Source: Candidatus Limnocylindrales bacterium
Lineage (GTDB): Bacteria > Chloroflexota > Limnocylindria > Limnocylindrales > CSP1-4
NCBI GenBank assembly: GCA_035553915.1
Contig: DATMJK010000059.1
Location: 5,396 to 69,395 of the forward strand
DNA: 64,000 bases
Direction of reading: 5' to 3'
How positions within the stretch are numbered: position 1 is the stretch's first letter; every line of letters starts with the position of its first letter. Below the pieces are notes generated by a model that saw only the letters and a list, made by a program, of their open reading frames with translations, had not been told where the DNA came from and ran no database searches. Both the position numbers and the translations under genes were made by a program. Positions 1 to 9,128 of the stretch are shown here, in pieces.

Positions 1-425
1 TCGAGACCGTGATCGGCGTGGGCAACCTGATCGGCGGGCTGGCCGTGGGCGCCATCGGAGCCCGCATCGGGAAGGGCTGGCTGGTCGTTGGCGGCTTCGT
101 GGTCATGGGCCTGGCGACGATTGCGCTGGGACTGACCGGCAATGTCGCGCTCGCGCTCGTCGCGGCGCTGATCATGGGCGCTGCCAACCTCATCTTTATC
201 GTGCCGACCCAGACAATCTTCATTGAGCGTACGCCGATCGAGCTGATGGGCAGGGTCATCGCATTCCGCTCGAGCCTCGTCTTCGGCTCGATGATCGCCG
301 CGATGGCGATCTCGGGGCTGGTCGCCGAGAGCGTCCCGGTGGGACTGGTCATCGCCGCCTCGGGCGCGCTGACCGCTATCGCCGGCCTGCTCGGGGCGCT
401 GCTGCCGGCCGTCCGCGACGCCTGA
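1..425 (+). CDS. MFS-type transporter, C-terminal fragment (5' end outside window)
   Basis: The frame is open from the window edge to the stop at 425. The translation is a run of hydrophobic helices (GNLIGGLAVGAIGARIG, VVMGLATIALGLTGNVALALVAALIMGAANLIF, SLVFGSMIAAMAISGLV) like the last helices of MFS permeases. Family assigned by resemblance only. Confidence 0.55.
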   Translation, partial: ETVIGVGNLIGGLAVGAIGARIGKGWLVVGGFVVMGLATIALGLTGNVALALVAALIMGAANLIFIVPTQTIFIERTPIELMGRVIAFRSSLVFGSMIAAMAISGLVAESVPVGLVIAASGALTAIAGLLGALLPAVRDA

Positions 426-439
426 CATAATCGGCCGAC

Positions 440-892
440 GTGATCGATGCCCTGACTGCGCTGGCACTGCCGGCGCTGCCCGCCCTGAGCCGCGACGGTG
501 CGATGCTGCTGACCGTCATCCTCGCCCTGGCAACGCTGGTCGTCGCCGGCCGGGCCGTGCTCTTGTTCGCTTCGCTGCGCGCCCGGGCAAGGGCGGCTGA
601 TCGACTGAGCGCTCGCCTCGAGGCGGGCCTGCCCACGCTCGAGCAGCGTGCGGCGGCCGCGCGTCAGCGCATCGGTGAGCTCAACGCAGCCACTGAGCAG
701 GCCCTGTGGTCGCTGCCTTCGGCTGATCGACGGTTGGCCGTCGCTGCCGCCCAGCTGGCCGAGCTGCGCGCCGAGCTCGACGCCTGGTGCAGGCCGGATG
801 GCCGTGGCGTCGGGCGAACACTGACCGGTATCCGTGGCACGCTGCGGGTGATGAACGGCGCACTAAGGCTGAGGAGGATGATCCAGCGATGA
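440..892 (+). CDS. hypothetical membrane-anchored coiled-coil protein
   Basis: GTG start. There is one N-terminal hydrophobic helix (LLTVILALATLVVAGRAVLLF) followed by Ala/Arg/Leu-rich helical sequence. The stop overlaps the next start (ATGA at 889-892). No family recognised. Confidence 0.45.
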   Translation: MIDALTALALPALPALSRDGAMLLTVILALATLVVAGRAVLLFASLRARARAADRLSARLEAGLPTLEQRAAAARQRIGELNAATEQALWSLPSADRRLAVAAAQLAELRAELDAWCRPDGRGVGRTLTGIRGTLRVMNGALRLRRMIQR

Positions 893-1332
893 CCGACGAG
901 CCGCAGCCGCGCAGCAGCCGCGGCCCTGCCGCGCCGGCACCGGAGGGCGAGGCCGCGCCGACGGCAGCAACAGAGCCGCGTGCGAGCCGGACCGGGGGTG
1001 AGGCTGAGGGGCGCGATACCGCCGCCGGCAAGGCTCCGAGCGAGGAGCTCCCGTGGATCGATGATCCAGCCTCGCGCGTGTGGGTGCTGTTGCTGATTGG
1101 CGTCTTCGGCGCGATCTTCGCCTACGGCGTGCTCCTGGGAGCCGGCGGGGTGCTCGTGCCCCAGCCCACACCGTCGCCCACGCCCGTCGTGACTCCAAGC
1201 CCGGCCGTCTCGCCAACGCCCGCGAGCTCGCCGACACCAGCCAGCCCCCCAAGCCCGGTCATTTCTCCGAGCCCGGCGTCACCTCCGGCCGGCTCGCCGA
1301 CCCCGCTGGCACCTACACCGTCGCCCTCGTGA
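889..1332 (+). CDS. hypothetical single-pass membrane protein with Pro/Thr/Ser-rich C-terminal tail
   Basis: ATG at 889 (Met35 of track ORF 787..1332) overlaps the upstream stop. The protein has a charged N-terminus, one TM helix (VWVLLLIGVFGAIFAYGVLLGAGGVLV), then about 55 aa of PTPSPTPVVTPSPAVSPTPASSPTPASPPSP low-complexity sequence running to the stop. Confidence 0.5.
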   Translation: MTDEPQPRSSRGPAAPAPEGEAAPTAATEPRASRTGGEAEGRDTAAGKAPSEELPWIDDPASRVWVLLLIGVFGAIFAYGVLLGAGGVLVPQPTPSPTPVVTPSPAVSPTPASSPTPASPPSPVISPSPASPPAGSPTPLAPTPSPS

Positions 1333-1355
1333 CCGTCCGGTAATCTGGATCTCGC

Positions 1356-2426
1356 ATGACGCACGTCTTCGTGGCGCCCCATCCGGACGACATTGCGCTC
1401 TCGTGTGGCGGGCTTGTCGCCAGCCTGCGCGAGATGGGCCAGAACGTGACCATCCTGTGCGTGTACTCGGGCTCGAGCGGCGGCACGGGCCTCAATGACT
1501 ACCAGCGTACGGCTCTCGGCTTCGGCAACAAGACCGTCTGGCCGCTGCTCGAGTCGTTCCGCCGCGACAACATCGCGCCTGATTACGAAATCGTCGCGAC
1601 CGCCGCCGGTCGTCCGCCCTGGATGGCCGACCCAGAGCGCATCGATCTGACCCAGGAGCGAGCCAATACCCAGGCTCGCCAGTTCTGGCAGCGCGCTGCC
1701 TGGACGCGCAGCGCGAACATCACCGCCACCGAGAGCGAGGAGCGGCCGCTCGCAGATTCAGTGTCCGCCCAGGCAACGCTCGATGGCGTCAACTGGGCTG
1801 CCGCCGACGCGATGGCCGTCCGCCGCGCCGAGGAGGAGCGCTACGCCTTCCTGGCCGAGGCAGCGGTGGTTTTCTTGGACCTGCCGGACGCGGTCTTCCG
1901 CGGCTACGACGGCGACGAGCAGCTGCTCGGTGAGTTACGCGCCGACGATGAGCCGCCGTACGAGATCGTGCGCCGCGAGATCGTGCGCCTCGAACCGCAG
2001 ATGGTCTATTTCCCGCTAGCGGTAGGCAACCACGTCGATCACCAGCTGGTGCGGGAGGTGGCGCTGGCGATGCTCGCCGAGGGCCGGCGCTGGGTCATGC
2101 CCGGCCCGAGCATGCTCGGCCGGCTGTCGTTCTACGAGGACTTTCCCTACGCCTGGTGGCATGACTTCGAAGGCCTGACCGGCCGCGGCGACGGACTGGC
2201 GCTGGACCTGCCGGCAGGTGTCGGGCTCGAGGCGCAGTACTGCGACATCACGGAGCTGCTCGAGCGCAAGGCGGCCGGCATCAGGCTTTATGCCAGCCAG
2301 CTGCCGCGGCTGTTCGAGAGCGACCAGGCGCTCTTCGATGATCTGGCCGGCTACCACGCCCGCGTCGCGCTGGCCGGCGGCGTATCAGGCTACGCCGAGC
2401 GCTACTGGGCGACTGTCAAGCCCTGA
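1356..2426 (+). CDS. PIG-L/LmbE-family N-acetylglucosaminyl deacetylase
   Basis: N-terminal VAPHPDDIALSCGG motif and a later NHVDHQLV (HxDH) motif are typical of the PIG-L family. At 356 aa it is longer than the usual family size. Confidence 0.8.
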   Translation: MTHVFVAPHPDDIALSCGGLVASLREMGQNVTILCVYSGSSGGTGLNDYQRTALGFGNKTVWPLLESFRRDNIAPDYEIVATAAGRPPWMADPERIDLTQERANTQARQFWQRAAWTRSANITATESEERPLADSVSAQATLDGVNWAAADAMAVRRAEEERYAFLAEAAVVFLDLPDAVFRGYDGDEQLLGELRADDEPPYEIVRREIVRLEPQMVYFPLAVGNHVDHQLVREVALAMLAEGRRWVMPGPSMLGRLSFYEDFPYAWWHDFEGLTGRGDGLALDLPAGVGLEAQYCDITELLERKAAGIRLYASQLPRLFESDQALFDDLAGYHARVALAGGVSGYAERYWATVKP

Positions 2427-3644
2427 TCAGGCGGCCGTTCGGGCAGCGCCGCTGCGGGTTGCGACAGCGATCGCACCCTCCTCGTAGATCGCATTGACGC
2501 GTTCGACCATCGCTTCGAGACTGAAGCGCGTGTGTGCGAGGTCGTGACCGGCGCGGGCAAGGGTGTCGGCCAGCGGGTGGTCGATCAGCAGCCGGACGAT
2601 CGCCTGCGCCAGCGCGCTCGGGTCGTGTGGCGGCACGAGCAGGCCGCTGCGCTCGTGCTCGACCATCTCCGGCACGCCGCCGACGTTCGTCGCGACGACC
2701 GGCCTCCGCAGCGCCATCGCTTCGAGGATAGCCAGGCCCTGCGCCTCGCGGTACGAGGGCAGCACCGCCACATCAAGGGCGGCAGTCACCGCCGGCACGT
2801 CGTCGCGCAGGCCGGTGAAGACGGCCATCGCGCCGGGTCGGGCGTGGCGCGTGCCGACGCACGCCTCGCCACGGCAGCGCTCACCGAGCAGGCCAAGCGC
2901 CTCCGCCTGCGCCTCCAGCTGTAGGCGCTGGCTGCCCTCGCCAATGACCAGCAACCGCGCCTCCGGCACGCGTGCCAGCACCTTCGGCCAGGCCTCGATC
3001 AGCGTGGCGTGGCCCTTCTCCGGCTCGAGCCTCGCGACGACCCCAACGAGCGGCGAGCCTTCAGGAAAGCCGTACTCCTCAGGCAGCGTGCAGCACGCCT
3101 CGGTGTACTCGTAGCGGTGCAGGTCGACGCCGTTGTAGACAAGCTCGACAGGCGCCCCCGTCCGGCCTTCGGCGAGCAGCTTGGCGACGATCGAGCGGCT
3201 GACTGCGATCAACCGGTCCATCGACGGTGTCAGGCGACGGATCGTCTCCCGATCCTCGGCAGTCCGCACACGGCTCGAGTGGACCGTGCCGACGATGTAC
3301 GGCCTGGGCCGGCCGAGCTCGGCCAGCGTTAGTGCCGCTCGCGTGCCGATGATCTCGGCGCGGTACATGTGGTTGTGCAGCACCTGCGGTGGGCGGACAG
3401 TGAGCATGGTGACCAGCTGGTCGTGGGCGGCCACATCGTCATCCGCCTCGATGACATGCACGATCGTGCCCTGGCCACGCAGGCGGCGCACCGCCGGGCC
3501 GTCGGACAGGCTGATGACCTCGACGTCGAAGCGCTCCTCCGGCAGCCGCTTGACCAAGTTCTGGACGTGAGCCTGGGCGCCACCGCCGGCACCGCTGGCC
3601 ATCAGCTGGGTGACCGCCACGCGCGCGCTCAGCTCGATGGTCAT
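2427..3644 (-). CDS. glycosyltransferase family 4 (GT-B, retaining)
   Basis: The C-terminal EAQGLAILEAMALRRPVVATNVGGVPEMVEHERSGLLVPPHD matches the GT4 E-x7-E nucleotide-sugar binding region. The gene overlaps the next minus-strand gene by 4 nt. Confidence 0.85.
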   Translation of the reverse strand: MTIELSARVAVTQLMASGAGGGAQAHVQNLVKRLPEERFDVEVISLSDGPAVRRLRGQGTIVHVIEADDDVAAHDQLVTMLTVRPPQVLHNHMYRAEIIGTRAALTLAELGRPRPYIVGTVHSSRVRTAEDRETIRRLTPSMDRLIAVSRSIVAKLLAEGRTGAPVELVYNGVDLHRYEYTEACCTLPEEYGFPEGSPLVGVVARLEPEKGHATLIEAWPKVLARVPEARLLVIGEGSQRLQLEAQAEALGLLGERCRGEACVGTRHARPGAMAVFTGLRDDVPAVTAALDVAVLPSYREAQGLAILEAMALRRPVVATNVGGVPEMVEHERSGLLVPPHDPSALAQAIVRLLIDHPLADTLARAGHDLAHTRFSLEAMVERVNAIYEEGAIAVATRSGAARTAA

Positions 3645-4843
3645 GTCGCCCCCTCCCGCATCACGAGCAGTCGCTCGATCGTGTCGTCACGCGCGCCCCA
3701 CTCGTATTTGTAGGGCTCGTCGCCGCGCAGGAAATCGAAGCGCCGCCGCCCGGCGACAAGCCGGTCTCGAATGTAGGCCGCGGTGCCGATAACGCCCGGT
3801 GACAGCTCGCCGGCCGTGGGATCCATGCCGGCGTTGTACAGGAAGCAGGTGCTGCCGTCATCAAAGGCCAGCGCGCTGAAGACCAGCCGCTTGCCGACGA
3901 GCACATCAGCCAGCCGCAGCGCGCCTCCATCGGGCTCTGTCGCATCCAGCTCGGCCAGGCGCTCGATGAAGCGTCGGCTGCGCCGGCCGCCCTCCGTCGG
4001 CGGAAACAGGCCATCATCGCCGAAGCGCGCCTGGTGAAGCTCGATGAAGCGCGCCAGATCCTTACCTGACGGCTGATCCACGCGGACGCTGATCCCGCCG
4101 GCGGCCTCGGCGCGGCGCAGCTTGCGTCGGATCTCGTGCCGATCCTTCTTGTCCAGCGTGGCCAGGTACTCGTCCCAGTCAGCGCTGGCGACATCGACCA
4201 CCGGACAGACGTCCTCCATCTCGCGCATCACGTGCCAGCCGGCCTGCGGGGCCATTTCACGGAACGCGGCTTCGAGCGCGGGCAGCAGCGGATCGGCCGT
4301 TCGCAGCCGGCGCAGGTCGACGACATCCCAGGGCTGGCTGCCATGTGCCGGATCGGGCGGGCCGGCCAGCGAGGCCGTTATGGCCCGCGCGACCGCCGGC
4401 AGGTCGTCCGCAGCGCACAGCACGGTCGCGTAGTCGGTGTGATAGGCGGCACCGAAGAACACCGCCTTGGCGTCAGGATGAACCGCCGTGCCCTCGTGCG
4501 GCGCGGCGTGGCGCAGGACGGTCGCTGTCGGCGCGTCCTGCGGCTCCGATTCGTGGCGGTGCATCAGCGGCACGATGGCGCGGATCGCGTCAGGATCAGC
4601 GTCGCCGCCTGGATCAGCACTGTCCGCCAGTGCGACGAGGTACTGATCGTGAGCCGTCGCGCCGTACGCGTCCCACCACGCGCGATGGACAGACCAGCGT
4701 GCGAACGGCGTGGCCGCCGGAGTCAGCTCCAGCAGGCGCTGCCACGCGGAGCGGGGAATGCGCTCGAAGGGCACGGCCCGGCAGGCAAGGGCCCCGCCTG
4801 GGGCGGTTGAGCCCGCCTGCGGGGCGGGAGAGGAGATCGACAA
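3641..4843 (-). CDS. GNAT-fold acyltransferase of the CelD/BioF2-like (Acetyltransf_6, FemAB-related) type
   Basis: The C-terminal FDFLRGDEPYKYEWGA signature is characteristic of this family. Size is 400 aa. Confidence 0.7.
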   Translation of the reverse strand: MSISSPAPQAGSTAPGGALACRAVPFERIPRSAWQRLLELTPAATPFARWSVHRAWWDAYGATAHDQYLVALADSADPGGDADPDAIRAIVPLMHRHESEPQDAPTATVLRHAAPHEGTAVHPDAKAVFFGAAYHTDYATVLCAADDLPAVARAITASLAGPPDPAHGSQPWDVVDLRRLRTADPLLPALEAAFREMAPQAGWHVMREMEDVCPVVDVASADWDEYLATLDKKDRHEIRRKLRRAEAAGGISVRVDQPSGKDLARFIELHQARFGDDGLFPPTEGGRRSRRFIERLAELDATEPDGGALRLADVLVGKRLVFSALAFDDGSTCFLYNAGMDPTAGELSPGVIGTAAYIRDRLVAGRRRFDFLRGDEPYKYEWGARDDTIERLLVMREGAT

Positions 4844-4894
4844 GGCGGCTGGAGCATAGCACCGACGTTCACGAAGACCGGCGCGCCGGTCAGA

Positions 4895-5695
4895 TCAGGC
4901 GCGACCGACGCTGCGGTGCAGGAACGGTATGCGCAGCAGGTCGACGAGCACGCGCAGCGCCAGGCCGAGGCTGGCATGCATGCGCGAGCCATGCTTGTCG
5001 GACCATTCGACGGGCACGCTCACGATGCGATAACCGCGCCGTCGGGCGAGGTGGATGACCTCTGCATCGAAGACGATGCTCGTCAGCCGCTGGCGGCCGA
5101 ACAGGTCGCGGGCGGCGGGGGCGCGGAAGCCCTTGAAGCCGCACTGCGTGTCCGGCACCCGACCCGTGACCCACAGCGCGGCGAGCAGGTGGAAGACCTT
5201 GCCCATCAGGCGCCGGCGAAAGGGCTGGCTGGCCCGCCGATCAGAGCCGTCGGGCTGGATGCGGCTGCCCAGGGCGACGTCGCTGTCCGCCAGCGCGTCG
5301 ATCAACTGCGGCAGCTGGTCCGGCGGCGTGGCCATGTCGGCATCGGCGAAGACGATCAGCTCGCCGGCCGCCTCGAGCATCCCCGCCCGCACGGCGCCAC
5401 CCTTGCCTGAGTGGTCAACCCGGAGCAGGCGCAAGGTCGCCTCGCCGGAGCCCAGGCGGGCCGCGCGCTGCTCGACGATCTCCGCCGTGCGGTCGCGGCT
5501 GCCGTCATCAACGACGATCACCTCGACGCTGCCCAGCTCGCCCGCTGGGCGGGAGCCGGCGCGGCCAGGCGCGCTCGCTGTCAGGTAAGCGAAGAGCTCA
5601 TCCAGTGCCGGTCCGATGCGCTGCTCCTCGTTGTAGGCGGGCAGCACGACCGAGACGCGCGGCGACAGATGCGCTGGCGGGCGCGGGCTCGACAT
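4895..5695 (-). CDS. glycosyltransferase family 2, polyprenol-phosphate hexosyltransferase-like
   Basis: VSVVLPAYNEEQRI, VVDDGSRDRT and FADADMATPP (DxD) motifs are present. The 266-aa size is typical of Dpm1/GtrB-like enzymes. Confidence 0.85.
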   Translation of the reverse strand: MSSPRPPAHLSPRVSVVLPAYNEEQRIGPALDELFAYLTASAPGRAGSRPAGELGSVEVIVVDDGSRDRTAEIVEQRAARLGSGEATLRLLRVDHSGKGGAVRAGMLEAAGELIVFADADMATPPDQLPQLIDALADSDVALGSRIQPDGSDRRASQPFRRRLMGKVFHLLAALWVTGRVPDTQCGFKGFRAPAARDLFGRQRLTSIVFDAEVIHLARRRGYRIVSVPVEWSDKHGSRMHASLGLALRVLVDLLRIPFLHRSVGRA

Positions 5696-5850
5696 CTGGC
5701 AGATCGTACCCGGGTGGCTCCTTGGTACCTGCCCGCGCGGCCAACGTGGGACGCCCGGGCGGCGGCTGGTGGATGGCCCATTGGTACCAGTTGGCTGACT
5801 CAGAGTACGGCTCGGGAGCGCGCGGAACCGTTGCTAGGCTGCACCACACG

Positions 5851-7461
5851 ATGATCCCGGTGGTCCTTTTTGGTGTCGCGCTCGCTGCCCGGCTGCTCGT
5901 CGGAGCGCTGTTCGACGACCCGGCATATCCCGATTCGTACTACTACGTGGCGGTCGCCCGCGAGCTGGCCACCGGCAACGGCTTCCACATCGACTACATC
6001 TGGAACTTCATCGACGTCGGAGGCCGGCTGCCGGCCGAGCCTGCCCTGCCGATCCCATCGAACGGCCACTGGATGCCGCTGGCGGCGCTAGTGCAGGTGC
6101 CATTCATCTGGCTGCTCGGACCCACGGCGCTTGCCTCGGCGCTGCCCTTCTGGCTCGTCGGGGCGCTGGCCGCGCCGTTGGCCTGGCTGATCGCCATCGA
6201 TGCCGGGCTCGGGCGTGGCGTCGCGCTGACCGCCGGGCTGCTCACCGCCGCGCCCGCGGCGCTCACCCCATTCATGGCCCAGCCAGACAACTTTGGCCTG
6301 TACATGACCCTCGGCGCTGGCGCGCTGTGGCTGGCCGGGCGGGCGATGAGCGGCAGCCCGCCGGCACTGGTCATAGCCGGGCTGGTCGCCGGCCTGGCCA
6401 TGCTGGCCCGCAACGACGGGCTGCTGCTTGGCGTGGGCCTCGCGCTGGCCGGGCTGGCGCTGCTGCGCGGGGCGGGGGGCACCAGTCGCCGGACGGCGGT
6501 GCTGTCGCTCGCCGGCTGCGCGGCAATGTTCGGGCTGGCCGTTGGGCCGTGGCTCGTGCGCCAGCTGTCGGTCTTCGGCAGCGTCTCGCCGTCAGCGGCC
6601 GACGGACGGGTCCTGTGGCTGACCGACTACGGCCAGCTGTGGAGCATCGGCGAGCCGCCCACGCTCGCCGGGCTGCTGGCCGGCGGGCTGGACCCGCTTG
6701 TCGCGAGCCGGCTCGAAGGCGTCCTGGCGACGGGCACCGTGCTGGCTGTCGCTCCGTTGGCCGTCGTGCTCGTGCCATTCGCCCTGCTCGGCGCCTGGCG
6801 ACAGCTTCGCAATCCACGCTTCATGCCCTTCCTGGCCTACGCGCTGGCACTGCTCGCGACGAGCGCGCTTCTCTTCAGCGTGCACGTGCGCTTCGGCATG
6901 TTCATGCACTCGCTTGTGGCGCTGCTGCCGCACACCTTCGTGCTCGTGGCGATCGGCATCGGGCGAGCCGTCGACTGGATGGCGACGCGCCGGCCCGGCT
7001 GGCGGGCAGAGACGGCGACGCCGCTGTTCCGTGGCGCAGCCGTTGCGATCGCGCTCCTCGCGGCCACGCTCCAGACATCGGCGACCGTCGGCGCCTGGCA
7101 ACGCAGCGAGTCGCCGCGCCGCGACCTGGGCAGCGCTCTGGCGGCGATCCCGTACGGTGAGCGGCTGATGTCGGCTGATCCGGGCGCCTATCACTACCTC
7201 TACGGGCTGCCCGGCGTGGTCACGCCGAACGACCCGCTGCCGGTGATCGCGTCGGCCGCTCGCGCCTACTCGGTCCGCTGGCTGGTCCTCGAGCGTGACG
7301 GCGTGGTTCCCGCGCTGGCGCCGGTCCTGCGTGGCGACACTCGGCCAGGCTGGCTGTCCGCTCCGCTGGCGACCGTCCCGGCAGCGGCAGGCGACGCGGT
7401 CCCGGCAGCCGTGCTGTTCGCCATCTGCCTCGAGCCTGGGGACGGCCGATGCACGCCTTGA
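5851..7461 (+). CDS. GT-C fold membrane glycosyltransferase (ArnT/PMT_2-like)
   Basis: Polytopic membrane protein with an acidic/aromatic first-loop motif FDDPAYPDSYYYVAVARELATGNGF. Start chosen at Met83 of track ORF 5605..7461 (MIPVVLFGV...). ATG 5773 is an alternative. The upstream part of the track ORF is Arg-rich non-coding-like sequence. Confidence 0.65.
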   Translation: MIPVVLFGVALAARLLVGALFDDPAYPDSYYYVAVARELATGNGFHIDYIWNFIDVGGRLPAEPALPIPSNGHWMPLAALVQVPFIWLLGPTALASALPFWLVGALAAPLAWLIAIDAGLGRGVALTAGLLTAAPAALTPFMAQPDNFGLYMTLGAGALWLAGRAMSGSPPALVIAGLVAGLAMLARNDGLLLGVGLALAGLALLRGAGGTSRRTAVLSLAGCAAMFGLAVGPWLVRQLSVFGSVSPSAADGRVLWLTDYGQLWSIGEPPTLAGLLAGGLDPLVASRLEGVLATGTVLAVAPLAVVLVPFALLGAWRQLRNPRFMPFLAYALALLATSALLFSVHVRFGMFMHSLVALLPHTFVLVAIGIGRAVDWMATRRPGWRAETATPLFRGAAVAIALLAATLQTSATVGAWQRSESPRRDLGSALAAIPYGERLMSADPGAYHYLYGLPGVVTPNDPLPVIASAARAYSVRWLVLERDGVVPALAPVLRGDTRPGWLSAPLATVPAAAGDAVPAAVLFAICLEPGDGRCTP

Positions 7462-9128
7462 CCGAGGGTCTCTCACCGGCGCTGCCGATGACGCTGGCAG
7501 GCGAGCGAGCGCGGCACCGCCGGCTGGCACGGATGATGGCGCTGCCAGCCGTGCTGTACGCGACAGCAACCGCGATCTATGCCTGGGCCGCGCTGCAGGT
7601 GCCCTTCGCGGCCAACGAGGGCAGCGCGTACTACGTCGCGGTCGCGCGCAACCTGGTCACTGGCCGCGGGCTCGTGACCGATGCCCTGTGGAGCTTCGGC
7701 ACGCCGCCGCTGACCGTGCCTAGGCCGGCGTTCGAGCTGTGGCAGCCACTCGCAACATTCGTCAGCGCCGCCCCGATGACCGTTCTGGGGCCCACGCTGA
7801 CAGCCGCACAGCTGGGCATGGCCGCCCTCGCCGGGCTGCTTGCGCCGCTCGGGTGGCTCGTTGCGCGCGAGGCAGCGACTGCGCTCGGCCATGACCAGCG
7901 GCGATCGGCAATGCTGGCTGCCGGCACCGGCCTCTTGCTGGCCGTCGCCGGGCCGCTCGTGCTGGCCGCCAGCCTGCCCGACTCGACGATCCCCTTCGCC
8001 GTTGCCGGCACGGCCTGCTGCTGGCTGATTGCGCGCTCGCTGGCGGTGCAGCCGGCCAAGCGAACACAACTGTGGCTCGCGCTCGGGCTGATGCTCGGGC
8101 TGGCTTGGCTGGCGCGCCACGAGGCGATCTGGATCGCGCTGGTAGCGCTGGGCGTGGGGCTCGGCACGCGGTCGCTGACACCGCGGGCGCTGGCCGCCGC
8201 CGTCGCCGGCGGGCTGCTCGTCAGTGGGCCGTGGCTGCTGCGCAACCTCGCCGCCTTCGGCAGCCCGCTGCCTGGCCAGGCACTCGACAACGCAATGCTG
8301 ACCGCAAACGAGCAGATCTTCGGCTACCGCCACGTCCCAAGCCTCGACGCGTTCCTTGGCCAAGGCCCGGCGGCGTTGCTGGGCAACGTCGCCGCGGCGG
8401 CCTGGCACAACGCGTTCAGCGTGCTGCTCGTGCCAGCAGCGCCGCTGGCCATCGCCGGCCTCGTCGGTGGGGCCGTGCTGCTGTGGCACGAGCCGAGCTT
8501 GCGCCGCGGCGCGCTGGCGCTGCTGCTGCTGAGCGGCCTGGCCATCTACGCGATCACCACCGTCCTCTTCCCGGTGGCCACGCTGTGGGGCACGTTCGAG
8601 CATGCCAGCGGGCCGCTGGTCGTTGGTCTTGCCGTGGCTGCGGTGCTGGGCGTTGATCGGGCGGTGCAGGCCATTGGTCGGCGCCGTCGCTGGGAGAATT
8701 CCAATGCCTGGCTGGCGCCGCTGGCGCTGACGGCGCTGACGCTGCCGCTGACGCTGCTGCTGCTCGCTGGGCTGGCCAGCGAGGCACGTCAGCAGGCCGC
8801 CCGCTATGACAGGTTGGCTGACGCGCTGCACGCCGTGCCGCGCCTGCTCGACGGCGCCGGACCGCTCCTCACAGACCACCCCGTCTGGCTGTCCGATGCG
8901 ACCGGCCTGCCTGCGGCCGCCCTGCCGGCTGAGGAGCCAAGCGCAGTCGGCGAGCTTGCCGGTCGGTTGGGGGCATGGGTCGTGGTGCTGACCGGCGAGC
9001 GAGGCAGCTACCCAGCTGAGCTGGAGTCGCTGGGCGGGCGGCGCTGTTTCGAGGTTCGCAAGGTGCCCGGCGCGCCGGCTGGCGTAGTCGTGGCGTCGCT
9101 GCTGGCAGAGTGCCGCTCGCCATGGTGA
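7449..9128 (+). CDS. GT-C fold membrane glycosyltransferase, paralogue of the preceding gene
   Basis: Polytopic membrane protein with an equivalent first-loop motif ANEGSAYYVAVARNLVTGRGL. It overlaps the preceding gene by 13 nt. Confidence 0.6.
   Translation: MHALTEGLSPALPMTLAGERARHRRLARMMALPAVLYATATAIYAWAALQVPFAANEGSAYYVAVARNLVTGRGLVTDALWSFGTPPLTVPRPAFELWQPLATFVSAAPMTVLGPTLTAAQLGMAALAGLLAPLGWLVAREAATALGHDQRRSAMLAAGTGLLLAVAGPLVLAASLPDSTIPFAVAGTACCWLIARSLAVQPAKRTQLWLALGLMLGLAWLARHEAIWIALVALGVGLGTRSLTPRALAAAVAGGLLVSGPWLLRNLAAFGSPLPGQALDNAMLTANEQIFGYRHVPSLDAFLGQGPAALLGNVAAAAWHNAFSVLLVPAAPLAIAGLVGGAVLLWHEPSLRRGALALLLLSGLAIYAITTVLFPVATLWGTFEHASGPLVVGLAVAAVLGVDRAVQAIGRRRRWENSNAWLAPLALTALTLPLTLLLLAGLASEARQQAARYDRLADALHAVPRLLDGAGPLLTDHPVWLSDATGLPAAALPAEEPSAVGELAGRLGAWVVVLTGERGSYPAELESLGGRRCFEVRKVPGAPAGVVVASLLAECRSPW

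Noticed and set aside
5605-5850. N-terminal extension of the first GT-C ORF
   Set aside because: It is Arg/Ala-rich, overlaps the divergent GT2 gene start, and has no hydrophobic signal. The membrane protein plausibly begins at MIPVVLFGV.
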